Assembly: GCA_028826165.1 (NCBI GenBank)
Contig: JAPDFW010000091.1
Location: 221,538-285,537 of the forward strand
Direction of reading: 5' to 3'
DNA length: 64,000 nt
From: Anaeramoeba ignava BMAN
Taxonomy: Eukaryota > Protista > Anaeramoebae
A program made the translations under genes and the position numbers. This document shows, one piece after another, positions 62,001-64,000 of the stretch; within the stretch, counting starts at the first letter, position 1; each line of letters opens with the position of its first letter. Below the pieces are notes generated by a model, which had not been told where the DNA came from, ran no database searches, and saw only the letters and a program-made list of their open reading frames with translations.

Positions 62001-64000
62001 ATATTTCAACTACGGTAAAAAGAAAATTATCTGAATCTAAATCTTTTTACTTCAAGTTTAAATGCTCTTCATTTTCGCAAAACAAATTTATAAATCAAAT
62101 TTTGGAAAGTAAAAATATAATCATAAAGGAGATGTTATTGATATTGCTGTTATTGATTATATTAAGAAACCTCAAATTTGGAAAAAAAATATCATGTTGG
62201 ATTTAAAGTTCCAATTCAATTCAATTCAAATCCAAATATTCCAATAGATCCTTATAATTTGGGGAATTTATCTTGGAATGGAAAACAATAAATCAGATGA
62301 AGAAATTAAAATTCCTCAATGTTATAAAATTAATGATCGTGAAACAAGATTAAATATTTTGGCAGGATTAATTGATTCAAATGATGAAATAATTTATGAT
62401 GAAATGAATAATTGTTATAATATTCCAATTAATGAAAATCAAGAAGAATTATATAAAGATATCAATTCATTTCACGTTCACTTGGATTTTTTCTTGTGAA
62501 AAAGAAAAGAAAAATTATAATATCAGGAAATGAAATTGAAGAAATTCCTGTTAGAAATCCAAATAAGAAAATTAAAAATCAAAATAAAACACAAAATTCA
62601 AATTTAGAAAGTGAAATTGAAGTTGAATTAATTGGAGAAGGAGATTATTGTGGATTTGAAATTGATGGGAATAGAAGATTTTTACTTGGAGATTTCACAG
62701 TTACACATAATACAGTTTTATCAAGATTTGTTGCTTGGATCAATGGATTATCAGTTTTCCAAATCAAAATTAGTAGAAAATACACATTATTTGATTTTGA
62801 TGAAGATCTTAGAGTTGTTATGAAAAGAGCGGGAATTAAAGGAGAAAAAATATGTTTCATTTTTGATGAAAGTAATATTCTTGAAACATCATTTTTGGAA
62901 AGAATGAATGCATTATTGGCAAGTGGAGAAGTACCAGGTTTATTTGAAGGAGATGAAATGGGAGCTTTAATGAATCAATGCAGAGAAGCAGCTCAATCTG
63001 ATGGAGCAATTCTTGATACAAATGATGAATTATTTAATTGGTTTACAAAACAAGTTCAAAACAATTTACATATTGTTTTCACAATGAATCCAGCAACAGG
63101 AGATTTTTCAAATCGAGCAGCAACTTCACCAGCTTTGTTTAACAGATGTGTACTTGATTGGTTTGGAGATTGGTCACCATCAGCAATGTATCAAGTTGGA
63201 TATGAATTCACAAAAGATCTTAATTTGGAAAATCCAAACTATTTCCCACCAATTAGCTTCCCACATGAATTTGATGCAAAAGATAATTTCCCAGATTCAC
63301 CTAATCATAGAGAATCAATTGTTAGTTCTTTTGTTACAATCCATAAAAGTGTTGAAAAATCATCAAAGAAATTGCAAAAAACTCAAGGAAGAAGTAATTA
63401 TGTTACACCAAGACATTATTTGGATTTCATTACACATTATCTGAATCTTTTCAATGAAAAAAGAAGTTCTCTTGAAGAACAACAACATCATTTGGATGTT
63501 GGATTGAAAAAGATGAAAGAAAAGAAACTGAAGAAGTTGCGAAATTACAACTTAAATTGAAACAAAAAGAAAAAGAACTTGAATCCAAAAATGAAGAAGC
63601 AGAAGCCAAATTGAAACAAATGGTTAAAGATCAACAAGAAGCAGAAGCAAAGAGAAAGGCCTCACTTGAAATCCAAACAAAATTGGAAGAGCAAAACAAG
63701 GAAATTGCAGCACAACAAAAAATTGCAATGGATGATCTTTCAAAAGCAGAACCTGCAGTTTTAGCAGCAAAGAAAAGTGTTAACAGTATCAAGAAAAGTC
63801 ATTTAGAAGAATTAAAATCCATGTCAAATCCACCTGAATTAGTTAAAATGACTCTTCAAGCAGTTTCACAATTTTTGGGAAGTAAAGAGACTTCATGGGG
63901 AGAAATTCGAAGATTATTAAAAAGAAAAGATGATTTTTTATTCAAGTGTTAATTTTGATACCAATTCAATGACATCTAAAAGTGATTTCAAGGCAATTCC
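50013..64000 (+). CDS. DYNC1H1: Cytoplasmic dynein 1 heavy chain (partial, continues past the window). Exons 50013-50648, 51013-51699, 51776-56024, 56099-57353, 57424-57542, 57623-61099, 61670->64000; contains three inteins
   Basis: Cytoplasmic-dynein tail motifs ([37 protein letters not shown]), linker [20 protein letters not shown]1 GPAGTGK/T...[11 protein letters not shown]2 [11 protein letters not shown]3 GPPGSGK/T, AAA4 GSSGAGK/T, and the start of the stalk coil. All six GT-AG joins keep the frame. Apparent frameshifts after about 62020. Confidence 0.97.
56134..57066 (+). mobile_element. Intein 1 (311 aa) in dynein AAA1 Walker A; Ser1, class 3 WCT signature, degenerate LAGLIDADG endonuclease
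   Basis: GPAGTGK|[13 protein letters not shown]...DCSDDHLW...LQGILDRNG...ECQCILID...IVTHN|TETVK. Removal restores GPAGTGKTETVK. 933 nt, open frame. Confidence 0.96.
59209..60111 (+). mobile_element. Intein 2 (301 aa) in dynein AAA3 Walker A; Ser1, class 3 WCT signature, degenerate LAGLIDADG
   Basis: GPPGSGK|[13 protein letters not shown]...DCSADHLW...IKGLLDSNS...ECTCITID...VVTHN|TMTL. Removal restores GPPGSGKTMTL. 903 nt, open frame. Confidence 0.96.
61708..62711 (+). mobile_element. Intein 3 (about 335 aa) in dynein AAA4 Walker A; Cys1 class 1, LAGLIDADG remnant, several apparent frameshifts
   Basis: GSSGAGK|[13 protein letters not shown]...[11 protein letters not shown]...VNEPHIL...LAGLIDSND...[22 protein letters not shown]|TVLSRF. 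Removal restores GAGKTVLSRF. 1004 nt, not a multiple of 3 as assembled. Confidence 0.93.

Noticed and set aside
3380-63960. Programmed frameshifting or a non-standard code to explain split ORFs (about 3390, 21950, 23600, 27380, 36575, 62020-62500, 63525, 63940)
   Set aside because: Breaks fall in homopolymers or tandem repeats with no consistent motif, and many genes are intact in the standard code; sequencing/assembly indels are more likely.
1-64000. tRNA, rRNA, transposase or reverse transcriptase genes
   Set aside because: None recognised by eye; tRNAscan-SE/Infernal were not run.

Overview
Extremely AT-rich, intron-containing eukaryotic (protist) genomic DNA read in the standard code. 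It carries about 17 genes separated by simple-repeat spacers and repeat-filled GT-AG introns: actin, a BTB/BACK-coiled-coil-TLDc protein, RNA pol I RPA43, ribokinase, a large RA-RA-PH-CH-CH protein, two long-chain acyl-CoA synthetases, two EEP-family nucleases, two RCC1-BTB proteins, a HIRA-like WD40 gene, a CLN5-like membrane protein, an SH3 protein, p24/TMED2, an ankyrin protein, a VAP/MSP protein and the 5' part of a cytoplasmic dynein heavy chain that runs off the window. The main finding is that the dynein gene carries THREE inteins with LAGLIDADG remnants, each inserted between the Lys and Thr of a Walker A motif (AAA1, AAA3, AAA4); AAA2 is empty. The AAA1 and AAA3 inteins are close paralogues with Ser1 plus the class 3 W-C-T signature, suggesting one intein jumped between P-loops of the same gene. 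The AAA4 intein is an unrelated Cys1 class 1 type. Also notable are a tandem pair of identical 167-nt highly structured non-coding elements (19.65-20.06 kb), a pre-miRNA-like hairpin (32.1 kb) and a 2.25-kb minisatellite-filled 5'UTR intron. Composition, RCC1-BTB/TLDc expansions and intein load suggest an Anaeramoeba-like metamonad (inference only). Several homopolymer frameshifts are probably assembly errors.
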